Positions 31,045-41,584 of a DNA stretch of 64,000 nt are shown here, one piece after another. Both the position numbers and the translations under genes were made by a program. This DNA is from an uncultured Acidobacteriota bacterium (lineage in GTDB: Bacteria; Acidobacteriota; Blastocatellia; RBC074), in the NCBI GenBank assembly GCA_963796275.1, contig CAWCKY010000002.1:672001-736000 (forward strand), written 5' to 3'. Below the pieces are notes generated by a model, which saw only the letters and a program-made list of their open reading frames with translations, searched no databases and was not told the origin of the DNA. Each line of letters opens with the position of its first letter. The stretch's first letter is position 1.

Positions 31045-34000
31045 ATGCGCGCGGTGGTCAGGGCGGTACAATCCGGGGGAAAAGGCGTCTCTTACCAGGC
31101 GCGCTATATCGCCGAGTCCGAGCTCAACCGCGAGCGTGAAGGGGAGAAGACGCGCCCGCTATTTAGCAACCGAGGCCATGACAGCCTCACCTATCGCGCA
31201 GCCAACCAGTTCCTGACCGGTGGAGAAGGAGATCCTCTGAAGAAGGACCTGATTCACCTAATCGTCAGCTTTGAAGAGAAGGATTTCGAGGCCCTCAGAG
31301 CGCACGATGATGAGCGCATAGCAGCGTTGCGGGAGGTCGCCCGCGAGGCGATGGAAGGTACGAAGGCCGATCTCCGCGTCCGCGACTGGAGATGGGTCGC
31401 CGGCATTCACCTCAATACGGATAATCCTCATATTCACTTTTTGATTCACAAGGAGATCGCAAGCGACGACCCGGAGCGCCTCCGGTTGGGCAATATCCCG
31501 AAACGGCTGCTGCCAAGCCAAGTGACGGGCCAGGATGGAGAGACTCACCCCACCGAGGGTGTAATCGGTGAGAATTTCGTCCGGGCGTTGGAGAGCGGGA
31601 TCAGCCTGCAAGCTCTGCGCCAGGGAAAGCTCGCGCCGTCACCGGCGCTCGCCTCGCTGCTAAAGGAGCTGGAGGTCAGCCGGACCGGACGCCAGGTGCT
31701 CAATTTTGAAGCCTCGTTGTACGAGGTCTCACTCCACAAAACCCAGGTGAACAAACAGAGGCGGACAAGCTACGAATCGCTTACCGCCCACGAACGCCGC
31801 TATCTCTCGGAGAGGATCGAGGAGCAAACACGGTCTCTCGCCCGCGAACGCGGTTCCGACGAGTCTGTTCTGCTCGAAGCGAATCGGAAACGTCCTTCGC
31901 TCGACGGACGCGGCCTGACTCGAGAGATCATCGCCAGAGGACAGGAGACCGCCTCCGGAGAGCCGCCCGACGTTCTTCACGACCCGAGGGCCGTCTTCAA
32001 AGATCGGGATCAAAACGACCCATACCACGAGCCGCCGCATGGCAAGGCGGGCTGGCTCTCGAAATACAGCCAATGGCTGCGTGATGACTACGAACGGGGG
32101 ACCGTCATCAAGGAACAGGTCCTGGTCATTCCCGCCGAAGGGCATGAGCTGAATCCGGATATCCATGACCGCGGGCTTTTTATTCATGAGCTTCGTTACG
32201 CTCTCAAGGAGATTCAAGATCCGGAGAAAGCGTCCGAGTTTCATCGACTCGCAACAATAATCGCCGGAAGAAACGCCGGCGCCGATGGACGGGCCGGATT
32301 CTTCTCCTCCTATTACGGGCTGCTTAAGAGGGAGGGAGGAGACGAGATGGGGCGCGAGCTCGCCCCCCACGAAACCGAGGCCCGCGCCGAAGCCCTGGAG
32401 ATAACTCTCGGCAAAATGCGTGAGTTGGCCCCACTGATGGAAGAACTGGAGACAGAGGTGAGTATCGAGACCCACAGACCCGATATGCTCGTCTCCCTGG
32501 AACAGGTTCGAGAGTCGAAACTGGCGTCCATCTCCGCCGAGCCGGCCTTTGGCGACCATGAAGACGGAGAAAAAGAGCTTGAAAACAGGCCAAAGGACGG
32601 CTCTTATGTCTTCAATACCGCCGCGCGCAAAGTGAATTTGCGAGACGAGAGCCTGCGCTTTCCGGCAGGACTCAGCCAGGAGACCAGGGAGCGGCTCGTG
32701 GCTAATACCCTGCCCTGGATCGACCAACAGATCGAGAGCGGCGTTAATCGGTCCGAGATATTGGTAGAGATCAACCGGTTCTACTATGAGTGGGCCGACT
32801 CCTCCAGGCTCACACTCACCGAAGGATTGAAGAAGGAGAAGGACGCCTATCATCGGATCGGATACTTCATCAAGGCCTACGCCGATGAGCGCATCAAGGC
32901 GCTGGACCAAAGCGGCAGGGGGGAGACACCGCGCTCCTTCCGCATCATAGCCGATGAGCCGCCTCCAGGACTGACCAAAGAAGCCCGGGCGCGGTTGGCG
33001 GAGGAGATACTGCCCTGGATCGATAAACAGATCGAGTCCGGCGCCAGCCGAACGGAGATATACAGGCGGGTCAAGCAGCAATTTCATCAAGTCGAAGTGA
33101 CGGTGGAGGATCTCGTCCGCCGTCCGGTGGCGGTTCCCGGCCTCTCTCGAGAGGCGGCTGCGGAGCGCTCCGGGATAGTTCGCTTCTGCCGTGAATATCT
33201 CTACGAGCGGCTCAAAGACCTGGAGACGCGGGAGATCAATCGCTCTGAAACTTTCCGTGAGGTCCATCGACGAATGATGGAGGCCAACTCCGTCAAGGAG
33301 ATGAACCAGGCGGCAGGATATGCCTTCAAGGAGGGACACTTCGATTGGGATAGGCGGACGCTGATCTTCTCCGGACTTGCCCCGGATCACCATACGCCGG
33401 AGATGCGGATACTGCGGACCTCCTTCGCACTCAGCCGTGAGGACCGGGCCAAATACGTGAAACAGATCGAAGCCGGAAAGCGCGAGCCTTCCCCGGTTCT
33501 CCAGCAGTTGCTCGTTGAGTTGAATAGCCGGAATAAACCGGAGAGCATCGCTCACTACCGGGCCTCAATCAAAAACGAAAAGATGAGAAACCCCGGCAAG
33601 CTCAAGATCTACGAGCTGCATAAGCAATTGCCGACCTGGGAACGGGACTACCTGTATCTCAAGATCGGAGAGCAGGAAGAAAGAGTTTTAAGCAGACGGG
33701 CCGCCCTGAGTGAGCCCCCAGCCGCCGTCGAGGTTTCCAGCAGGTTCCCTGCCCCGCACGACAACGAGTCGCTTCGGCAATACCTGGAGGAACGAAAAGT
33801 AAAAGAAGCGGAGCTGATCAAAGCCGCTGCCTCGCGTTCGCTGGGAAAGCGCGATGAGATCGCGCAGCCGGAAGGAACAGAGAAAGAGCTGTTCAAGGCC
33901 TCCGACTCTCTCTCGCCGGAAGAGCTCGCCGCGATCCGCGAACGGGCTCGTCTTCAGGCCTGGGACTCGCTCGTGGCGGAGGAGGTGTTTGATGAGAACC

Positions 34001-37000
34001 CGAGCAGGGAGGCACAGGAACTGAGCGACGCCATCGCAGAGATGCAGGAGGAGATACAGCCTGAAGCCCGGCGCGCCGTCACGATGCTTGATGAGTTCAG
34101 CCTGAGGACGACCGGTCATCCGTACCACGAAATCCCCCAGAAGGCGTTTAACGAACTCTCTCCCGAGAATACCAGTTGGCTGGAAGAGCACAAGCAATTC
34201 GCCGATCGGAATCTGAAGCGCCTTTATGACGGCTTTGAGAAGATCGACGGTCTACGGCAGGAGATCGAACGCGCACGTGGTGGTAGCGCACAGATGGCCG
34301 CGGAGATATCCGGCATTCCGGCCGAGGCTCAAACGCTCGTTCAGCCATTGCCGCCTGGGAGAGAACCGGAGGCCGCCGCTCCCGTTGCTTCCGTCGAGAA
34401 GGGGACGGGCGAACCACAGAAACCGCATCCTGTCCGCCGCACATTCGGCGAGCCTTCACGCGAAAGCCGGTCCTACCGTGAATACACGGCGGCGGCGGCG
34501 GAGATCGAGCGGCAGTTGATCGAAGAAGCAATTCGGGAAAAACGGACCATGACGAAAGACCAGCCGGAGATCACGACGGCCGATATTCTGCTCGCCCGCG
34601 AAGAGAAGCTCAGGATCCGCGCCGCCGCCACCAGGCGTGCCCTGACGCGCCTGGAGCCGCAAAGGATCCTGGGAAACGACCCGGCGGCGATACCGCTTCT
34701 CAAACTGCAAGGGACGGTGATACTCCTGCGGGACGAGGCGCAATCACGAGCGCGGGAGTCTGCACGAGAAGTCGACGCATTCATTCGGTCGCGGGGGCTT
34801 GAGCGTTTCATTGAGAAAAAGACCGATTACTACTATCGCGGCGACCACTTGCCGGAGAGTGCGCTTAAAGAATTGACGGCCGATGAGAAGCAGGCTTTCG
34901 CGACTCTTGAAAAACAGGCGAGCGCGACCTTTCGGGAGTTCAAAGCCGGGTTCTGGACCATCGATCGGCTCAGGACGGAGATCGACCAGTCCCGCAATGG
35001 ACATGCAACTCCGGCGGTGTCGAAGAGCCGGGGAGAGCCGGGCGCGCCGGGAAGCAACAGACCGCCGGAAACGCGAAGCAGCCTGAACGGATTCTGGAGA
35101 GGGTCTTCGCCGCGACACGCCGGACAAGCGAACGCGGAGATCGCCGTCAAAGTGACTGAAGCGCCAACCCCGGCGCAAACGATGAAAGAGACCGGCGGGA
35201 GACAGATACCGCCCGCTTTTCCCCTTGGTGAGTCTCCAGGGGAAAGCCGGTCCTACCGCGAATATGTGACGGCGGTTGCGGAGACCGAGCAGCGGCTCCT
35301 CGGGGAGCTTGAGCGGCAGTCGATCGAAGCGGCTGCTCGGGGCAGACATGGCATCGATCAAGCCGGGCCGGAAGCCGCGTCGACCGATATATCCCTCGAT
35401 CGCGAAGAGATGCTCAGGATCCGCTCCCACGCCAGCCATCTCGCCTGGGAGCAGTTGGAGCCGCGACCGATGTCGGCCAATGATCCGGCGAAGGCGCCGG
35501 TTCGATCCCTGCGGGAGGCTATTGCGCATCTCCGCGATGAGGCGCAGCCGCGGGCGTGGATGGAGGCCTGGAAGCTGGACGTCTTCATCAGGACAAAGGG
35601 CCTGGACGAATCAGCCGCGGAAAAAACCGACTATTTCTATCGCGCCGATCAGATACCCAAAGGCAAGCTGGCGAAACTAACTCCCGCCGAGCGACAAGAA
35701 TTTGCAAACCGTGAAAATAACGCGGCCGCGGCTCTCCGAGAGTTCAAAACTGGCTTCGACGCAATCGATCGGCTCAGGGAAGAGATCGAGCGGATAGATG
35801 ATCGCGTCATTCTGGGCAGGGACATCATTGCACATGCGCATTCGGACGCCGCCACCCTCGATTTCGAGATCGCCGACCGCTTTGGACACACATTCCGCTT
35901 CGAGATCAAGGATGCGAGTGTGGGAACCAAGCGCAGGATATCCGACCTCGACATCAGGCGGCGGGCCAATGCTCACGGCGACCGCGCCGCCGATGAGGGC
36001 GGTCTTGAGCGTTATGACGAGCGCCTCGAAATACGCACCCGGGTATCCGGAGCGGATATCCTTGACCATTCAACGACCCTCGACGAACACGGCAGAAAAC
36101 TCGATCGGCTCACCGGGGAGCTGAAGGCCGAGACCAGGCAGGCATTGGCTTCTCATCTCCACGCTCAGAGCCTGGCAAGAGAGGTGGCGGAGAAGTACCG
36201 GATACTGGGAAAACCGCTCCCGACGCCGCTGGTTGAGCGCGGAGTTCTGGTCGAGGCCCAGGACGAAGCCATCGAGCACCGCCTCGCCGGTCACACGGAA
36301 AAGCTCGAATGGCTGCGCGGCGCGCTCGTTGAGGAGCATGGCCAACCGATGCGTTCGGATACTGAAATGGCGCGGCTCTCGGCGCAGGTCTTCACTGCCC
36401 GGACGGAGTTGCGGGCACAGGAGACCCACGCAAGGCGATTCGACGAGACGCGCCATCTCAGGCAGTGGGAGATCGTGATTGACCGGCAAGGGCAGATCGT
36501 AACGGACAGGCAAGAGGAGATTGCGGCTGATAAGCAGGAGGAGACCAGGGTTGAAAAGTATTCCCTGGCCCACATCGACCGTGAGATGAAGCGCCTCAAA
36601 GATGAGGCGCGGATAGGTGGGGACCGCGTGCTTCATCTCGATCCTGTCCAATGCAGAAACGCGAAGGCGGAGCTCGAACGCTTCGGCCGGATCAGAGACG
36701 CGGTGATCGAGAAGATCGAGGAACGGCAGGGAGAGCTTCGGGAAAGAGTAGCCGAAGCCCGCCAGCTTCACGATACGCTCGTTCGCGCCTACGAACGCGA
36801 AGCCATATTCCGTGAGCAGATGGGCCTCGAAATGCCTGCGCGCCAGTTCACCCGCAGTGAGTTGGAGCGCGCCGCCAAAAACATCGAGACGGCCCGCGAT
36901 GCCGAGGGATTGCGGGACCTCACTCGGGAAGAGCGGCGATTCAATGAATACGCCGATCCCAAGGAGCGGTTTAAGCCGGTCGAGGAGTGGGGCCGAGCTC

Positions 37001-37578
37001 CGGGCCGTGCACTGATGGCGGTGATGTTCTACCGCGAAAGCGCCGGGAGGCTCGAGGCATCAGAGCAACGTGGCGAGCGGCAACCGATGTTGATTGAGAA
37101 ACCCGGCGGCGCTCTACAGGTTGAGAGATTGAGCGATACATACCCGAAGTCGGCGGCCGAGTGGGCGCTGCGCCCGCTCCTCGTGTTGGTGAGCGCAAAG
37201 GCGAAGGCAGACCGTGACGCCCGGGTGAGCGTGCAGGAGGCATATGCCCAACATGAGGCCCGGCTGCAAGGTGACGTCGAACTGCATCGAGATTACCTGG
37301 AGACGGCGAGGGGGATCGCTTCCGAACAAGTTGCTGAAAGGGCGCGAATCCCTGGATTGGAGTTGCCGGAGTCTCCGCTGTCTCTGACCGCGGAGCAGGC
37401 CATGAAGCTTGAGATATACGCGACTAGACAGACCGATCCTGAGGTGAGAAGAGAGCTGCTGAGCCTGGCGCGAGGAAGCGCCCAGAGCCACTTCGATCCT
37501 TATTCACAGTCGCAGACGCATCCGGACGAATCGGAACGAGTACACGAAAAGACGCCCGAAGTGGGGCGCATGCGATGA
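31045..37578 (+). CDS. Giant relaxase (MobL/MOBP-type HUH domain) with repeat-rich helical C-terminal region
   Basis: ARYIA (catalytic Tyr), HLIVSF, WVAGIHLNTDNPHIHFLI (HUH); tail ends ..PEVGRMR; 2177 aa. Confidence 0.88.
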   Translation: MRAVVRAVQSGGKGVSYQARYIAESELNREREGEKTRPLFSNRGHDSLTYRAANQFLTGGEGDPLKKDLIHLIVSFEEKDFEALRAHDDERIAALREVAREAMEGTKADLRVRDWRWVAGIHLNTDNPHIHFLIHKEIASDDPERLRLGNIPKRLLPSQVTGQDGETHPTEGVIGENFVRALESGISLQALRQGKLAPSPALASLLKELEVSRTGRQVLNFEASLYEVSLHKTQVNKQRRTSYESLTAHERRYLSERIEEQTRSLARERGSDESVLLEANRKRPSLDGRGLTREIIARGQETASGEPPDVLHDPRAVFKDRDQNDPYHEPPHGKAGWLSKYSQWLRDDYERGTVIKEQVLVIPAEGHELNPDIHDRGLFIHELRYALKEIQDPEKASEFHRLATIIAGRNAGADGRAGFFSSYYGLLKREGGDEMGRELAPHETEARAEALEITLGKMRELAPLMEELETEVSIETHRPDMLVSLEQVRESKLASISAEPAFGDHEDGEKELENRPKDGSYVFNTAARKVNLRDESLRFPAGLSQETRERLVANTLPWIDQQIESGVNRSEILVEINRFYYEWADSSRLTLTEGLKKEKDAYHRIGYFIKAYADERIKALDQSGRGETPRSFRIIADEPPPGLTKEARARLAEEILPWIDKQIESGASRTEIYRRVKQQFHQVEVTVEDLVRRPVAVPGLSREAAAERSGIVRFCREYLYERLKDLETREINRSETFREVHRRMMEANSVKEMNQAAGYAFKEGHFDWDRRTLIFSGLAPDHHTPEMRILRTSFALSREDRAKYVKQIEAGKREPSPVLQQLLVELNSRNKPESIAHYRASIKNEKMRNPGKLKIYELHKQLPTWERDYLYLKIGEQEERVLSRRAALSEPPAAVEVSSRFPAPHDNESLRQYLEERKVKEAELIKAAASRSLGKRDEIAQPEGTEKELFKASDSLSPEELAAIRERARLQAWDSLVAEEVFDENPSREAQELSDAIAEMQEEIQPEARRAVTMLDEFSLRTTGHPYHEIPQKAFNELSPENTSWLEEHKQFADRNLKRLYDGFEKIDGLRQEIERARGGSAQMAAEISGIPAEAQTLVQPLPPGREPEAAAPVASVEKGTGEPQKPHPVRRTFGEPSRESRSYREYTAAAAEIERQLIEEAIREKRTMTKDQPEITTADILLAREEKLRIRAAATRRALTRLEPQRILGNDPAAIPLLKLQGTVILLRDEAQSRARESAREVDAFIRSRGLERFIEKKTDYYYRGDHLPESALKELTADEKQAFATLEKQASATFREFKAGFWTIDRLRTEIDQSRNGHATPAVSKSRGEPGAPGSNRPPETRSSLNGFWRGSSPRHAGQANAEIAVKVTEAPTPAQTMKETGGRQIPPAFPLGESPGESRSYREYVTAVAETEQRLLGELERQSIEAAARGRHGIDQAGPEAASTDISLDREEMLRIRSHASHLAWEQLEPRPMSANDPAKAPVRSLREAIAHLRDEAQPRAWMEAWKLDVFIRTKGLDESAAEKTDYFYRADQIPKGKLAKLTPAERQEFANRENNAAAALREFKTGFDAIDRLREEIERIDDRVILGRDIIAHAHSDAATLDFEIADRFGHTFRFEIKDASVGTKRRISDLDIRRRANAHGDRAADEGGLERYDERLEIRTRVSGADILDHSTTLDEHGRKLDRLTGELKAETRQALASHLHAQSLAREVAEKYRILGKPLPTPLVERGVLVEAQDEAIEHRLAGHTEKLEWLRGALVEEHGQPMRSDTEMARLSAQVFTARTELRAQETHARRFDETRHLRQWEIVIDRQGQIVTDRQEEIAADKQEETRVEKYSLAHIDREMKRLKDEARIGGDRVLHLDPVQCRNAKAELERFGRIRDAVIEKIEERQGELRERVAEARQLHDTLVRAYEREAIFREQMGLEMPARQFTRSELERAAKNIETARDAEGLRDLTREERRFNEYADPKERFKPVEEWGRAPGRALMAVMFYRESAGRLEASEQRGERQPMLIEKPGGALQVERLSDTYPKSAAEWALRPLLVLVSAKAKADRDARVSVQEAYAQHEARLQGDVELHRDYLETARGIASEQVAERARIPGLELPESPLSLTAEQAMKLEIYATRQTDPEVRRELLSLARGSAQSHFDPYSQSQTHPDESERVHEKTPEVGRMR

Positions 37579-37629
37579 CCTGCAAACTGCAAGGATCATC
37601 GATGATGACGTTTAACCTGAGGAAATAGA

Positions 37630-38184
37630 ATGAAAAAAAACAATTCACTCAATCGCCCACTGGCCGCGCATTCGTCTTCGCTACGTCTTTATGAAGACAA
37701 TTATGAAGAGATTACGAAAATGATCCAGAACACAGACCGCACACATGCTGAGGAGGTTCGAGATCTGGTCGACGAAGGACTGCGCGCTCGTCGAATGGGA
37801 TTCGGGGGCGGCATTGGAGAGATCATCGGCAGATATGAGCAGTTGCTCGACCGGAATACCAGGGAGAAACAGTCCCTCACGCTAAACATGCGCGAGTTCT
37901 ACGGCTTGCTGCTCGAAACGCTTGCAGCATCGATCAGCGCGCGGCGAATGTCCTGGAACTACGTCGCGCGCACGGTGCTCAATCAGTCCGGATACTCCGA
38001 TAAACAGATCAAGGAACGGTACGAAGCAGAGATGCAGGCGTGTATCGACGAGCGCAATTTGATAGCCGACGAGTTGGAGCAAGAGATTGATGGACTACCG
38101 TCCGGCGATCAACAACCTGGTGACGCCCGGACTGCCTCGCCGGCGACGCCGGAACTTACGATTCGAGAAGAGAAGAAATCATGA
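37630..38184 (+). CDS. Hypothetical protein, possible ribbon-helix-helix relaxosome accessory
   Basis: SSLRLYEDNYEEITKM...THAEEVRDLVDEGL resembles an RHH pattern; directly after the relaxase. Confidence 0.5.
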   Translation: MKKNNSLNRPLAAHSSSLRLYEDNYEEITKMIQNTDRTHAEEVRDLVDEGLRARRMGFGGGIGEIIGRYEQLLDRNTREKQSLTLNMREFYGLLLETLAASISARRMSWNYVARTVLNQSGYSDKQIKERYEAEMQACIDERNLIADELEQEIDGLPSGDQQPGDARTASPATPELTIREEKKS

Positions 38185-38972
38185 TCAGACTCGACCTCGA
38201 CCGGCGCGACGATCAGTCCGGCATCCGCTCCCATATGGTCAATCTTTATCGCCGGATCGCCGGCGGCGGCAATGATTACGAACACAACGAGAGGAGCCTG
38301 GGGCAGATCCAACTTTGCGTAATCACGCTCTCGGCCATCGCCACGGGAGGGGTGAACGCCTTTGCACACCATCGTAGGATCGGTTGGATTGGTGCTAGTG
38401 TGTTGGCGATCCTCATTACAGGATTCGTCGAAAGGTTCTATTTTGCCCTCAGGCATGGACTGATGACAGTCTACAAATCAAGAGGGCAACGATTCGCAGC
38501 CAGGCTATGCTATAGAACAATACAGGGGTCGATGTGCATGAACGCCATGATCCTCTGCGCCTGGTTGACCGGGATTGCGATGCCGGAGTTCTTGAAACTC
38601 TGGAACCACTGGGCCCTTGCCGTCCACTTCGGTCTGGCTCTCGTGGGAGTTTCGGCGGTGCGGGATAAAGACGCATTAGCAGCCAGTCGTATCCGGGAAA
38701 TGCAGGCGGATGCCGCCGAACATGATATCCTTTCCATCCGGAGAGCCGCCGCCGGCAACCATCCGCTTCTGCTCCTGGCAGCCCGAATCAGAGGCTGGCT
38801 CGACGGAATGGAACTCGCCTACAATTTGCTCCGGGATAAACCAGGGTTCTCCGGCAAATATACAAATGAAATCACCGGCAGTCCACGAAATCTTTATTTG
38901 CCGGAAGGCGTCGAAGATGCTCCTCCACTTAATAGAGTGACAGACATCTCGGGAAAACGTCCGCGCCGGTGA
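38181..38972 (+). CDS. Multi-pass membrane protein of unknown function
   Basis: About four hydrophobic segments; ATGA overlap with the previous gene. Confidence 0.6.
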   Translation: MIRLDLDRRDDQSGIRSHMVNLYRRIAGGGNDYEHNERSLGQIQLCVITLSAIATGGVNAFAHHRRIGWIGASVLAILITGFVERFYFALRHGLMTVYKSRGQRFAARLCYRTIQGSMCMNAMILCAWLTGIAMPEFLKLWNHWALAVHFGLALVGVSAVRDKDALAASRIREMQADAAEHDILSIRRAAAGNHPLLLLAARIRGWLDGMELAYNLLRDKPGFSGKYTNEITGSPRNLYLPEGVEDAPPLNRVTDISGKRPRR

Positions 38973-39862
38973 AAGGGGAGCCTGAGCTTGAGGCCAACCT
39001 TCAGTCTCAACTCAGTTCACTGGCGCAAGGAAATCAATCTGAAGGAAGAGCGCGGGATGGTATCGAGCCGGGGAGACCTTCGACACGGGTTCTTCATGAT
39101 GAGGATGAGGAGTCAGACAGTGTGAATGAGACAGAAAGGCCGAAGGAACCTGGAAGATGGGATGAGGATACTGTGACAGTAACCGGAGAACAGAACCTGG
39201 AACACGGTGATGGCTATGAGACGTCCGGACAAACCGCTCAACATCCACTCTTGGATGGCGTCATCAATGATTGTGTCTGGCCTGGAGGAGCGAAACCGGA
39301 AGCACAACAGGCTGTGACGAAGTTGAGACACCGCGGCCGAGGGAAAGGGGCGCAAGAGATGGAGATTGGGGACGCACTCTCTCAGGAGGTGCACTCTCTC
39401 AGTGGGCGCATCTCTTCAGGAGCGCAGGAAACAGATTCTGCAGTTAAGCCGGGGCGCGATGACGGACAATCGGGGGCGCAGGAAACGGAGATTGGGGGCG
39501 CATTCTCTCAGGGAGCGCAACCGATTCGGGAAAACGGCCAGGTCGGGCAATGGCTTAAACTCAAGGACATTTTGCCCAAGGCGTCGAGCGCCTGGTGGAA
39601 TGCGCGTATTGGTCACGAGGGATTTACCATTAAATTGCGCTGGCGGGAAACCGACGGACAAAATCCAACTCTGACCTTCCCTCGGTTCATGTGGGAGCAA
39701 TTCGACATCAATAATAGAAGCGACGAAGAGGCAAAGAGAATTATCCTGGAGTGGATCGCCGGACACCTTAATGAACTCGTTTTGGATCCGGAAAAGCGCA
39801 CCAAAGCCCTGATTGCTGCAGAAAAACTTGGGATCGATCTTAATAACCGTCCGCCTGACTAG
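38969..39862 (+). CDS. Hypothetical protein with GAQE repeats
   Basis: GTGA overlap; disordered acidic N-half with GAQEMEIGDALSQ / GAQETDS / GAQETEIGGAFSQ; compact C-domain. Confidence 0.55.
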   Translation: MKGEPELEANLQSQLSSLAQGNQSEGRARDGIEPGRPSTRVLHDEDEESDSVNETERPKEPGRWDEDTVTVTGEQNLEHGDGYETSGQTAQHPLLDGVINDCVWPGGAKPEAQQAVTKLRHRGRGKGAQEMEIGDALSQEVHSLSGRISSGAQETDSAVKPGRDDGQSGAQETEIGGAFSQGAQPIRENGQVGQWLKLKDILPKASSAWWNARIGHEGFTIKLRWRETDGQNPTLTFPRFMWEQFDINNRSDEEAKRIILEWIAGHLNELVLDPEKRTKALIAAEKLGIDLNNRPPD

Positions 39863-40640
39863 CCATAACCCCTTTCATACTAACCAGTAACACAAAACCG
39901 GAATTAACATCGGAAGAGTCCTGCTACTTTTCCTTTGTTATCGGACCCACCTTTTTTCTTCATCCACAAATCAGCTTCAATCAAAAAGACATCGATTCCA
40001 TCTACTGTCTAGCCATAACCCCTTGCTTTTCAAATAATAACATAACATAACATCTGCCGGTATCTGAGATAGGCGGTCTTAGTCTGTCTGGCGGTTTGTT
40101 GTTGATTCCATAATTGAATGAGACTGTCCAAAAGCTGATGAGACTATACAGAAGTATATAAGCCCGAAGTAGGGGAGGGCTATTCGAGGGCAGCGCTGGA
40201 GTTACTGTCAATCCAGTCGCACCGACTTCTGTAAAAACGTCACCCAGTCTCTCTCACTTCTGTGAATAGTCGCGCCCACTTCTGTGTATAAAGGCGAAAA
40301 TCTGCCGATACCGTCTCATTATCTTTTGGAAGTCACACCTGTTCCCTCGTTCACCCTCTTCAACCTATAAACTTCTTATTCGCAATACGATAGCATTTTA
40401 CGCATTCTTCCTGTCTGCCCATAACCTCTTGTCTATCATCTACCAACACACAATTGGCGGGGTATAAAATCAATTTCCTCAAAACCGCGATCCTCTCGAT
40501 TCAATAAATAGCCTAAATTCAGTCACATACACAAACACCGGGTTTCTGTCGGGCCATAAGCCATCTGCTGTCAACTACATACACAAGTGCATCAGGTGCC
40601 CCCATTTTCCCGTCTGTCCTGTAAGTCATTATTGCTCAAT
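39859..40640. other. AT-rich non-coding region with iteron-like and IHF-like repeats (candidate oriT/oriV)
   Basis: CTAGCCATAACCCCTT at 39859 and 40009, variants at 40411, 40546, 40614; 18-bp AGTC-N6-ACTTCTGT at 40215, 40246, 40268. Confidence 0.5.
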
Positions 40641-41091
40641 ACGAAACACGTATATATCGGTCAACAGACGTCCCTATCCTGTGTGCTCAAAATTTTGCTT
40701 TTTGTCTGGCAATTAGGCCGTTTTGTCTGGGGGTAATTTTGAGCGCTAGAGCCGTAATGTCACCGCGCTTCTGAAACGTAGGAATCTGGATAGGCGCCGC
40801 ACATTAGAGACATCATCATCATCGCCGCAGGCGCGTATGTATCGAGTAAATAAAGTTGTGACTGCCAGTCGTCTCAGAGATCTGCCAAGCGGCATCAATC
40901 AAGCGCATCGGGTGAGTCTTTTCTCGCTGAAAAACATCTTGGCAATCGTCGTAGAGGACGTCCGCCGTCTCCACCTTTTCTCTTAAAACACCGGTTAAAG
41001 CGCTCAAGTTCTAAGATCGTGATGCCGCGCGAAGGTAAGATGGCAGTCTCGATCATGTCCAGCAGCCCGGCGATTTTTCAGCCGAGATAAT

Positions 41092-41439
41092 CTACGAACC
41101 CCGACCTTTCCCGTACCACCGTTCGGCGATCCGGTCGAGTTCGATCATCACGCCGTCTAACTCCAGCACCTTTTTTGTAATGGCATAAGTAACCTCCGGC
41201 GGGATAGTAGGCTTGTAGTCCCGTGACACCCATCCCTCGGCTTCGAGCATCCGTAGCCGCTCGGTCAGCGTTTTGGTCGAGATTGCCCCGAGCCGCCGCT
41301 TGAGTTCGCCAAATCGCATCGGGCCTTCCGTGTGCAGCCGGTGCAGAAGCAGCATCGTCCACGGACTCGACAAGATCCCAAGCAGCTTCGCGAGAGGTTG
41401 GTGAGTGTTTTCGTCTTCGGTCTGTCTCCTACGTGCCAT
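41092..41439 (-). CDS. HxlR-family winged-helix regulator
   Basis: PWTMLLL...MRFGELKRRLGAISTKTLTERLRMLEAEG...PTIPPEVTYAIT. Confidence 0.9.
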   Translation of the reverse strand: MARRRQTEDENTHQPLAKLLGILSSPWTMLLLHRLHTEGPMRFGELKRRLGAISTKTLTERLRMLEAEGWVSRDYKPTIPPEVTYAITKKVLELDGVMIELDRIAERWYGKGRGS

Positions 41440-41584
41440 GGTTTCCTTATGTGAAGTAGCTTTAGAATAAGAACTTACTTTACTTTAGAAAGCATGCCGT
41501 GTAAAGTGCAATCCGGTGGTCGGAAGTCTGATGCCACCCGAAGAGCATTTTACAAGTGAATTACCCGATACAAAGGAGCTGAAC

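Noticed and set aside
28107-36771. Long antisense ORFs (28107-29720, 31729-33555, 34744-35529, 36070-36771)
   Set aside because: Shadow frames opposite virD4 and the relaxase in GC-rich DNA, with no motifs.
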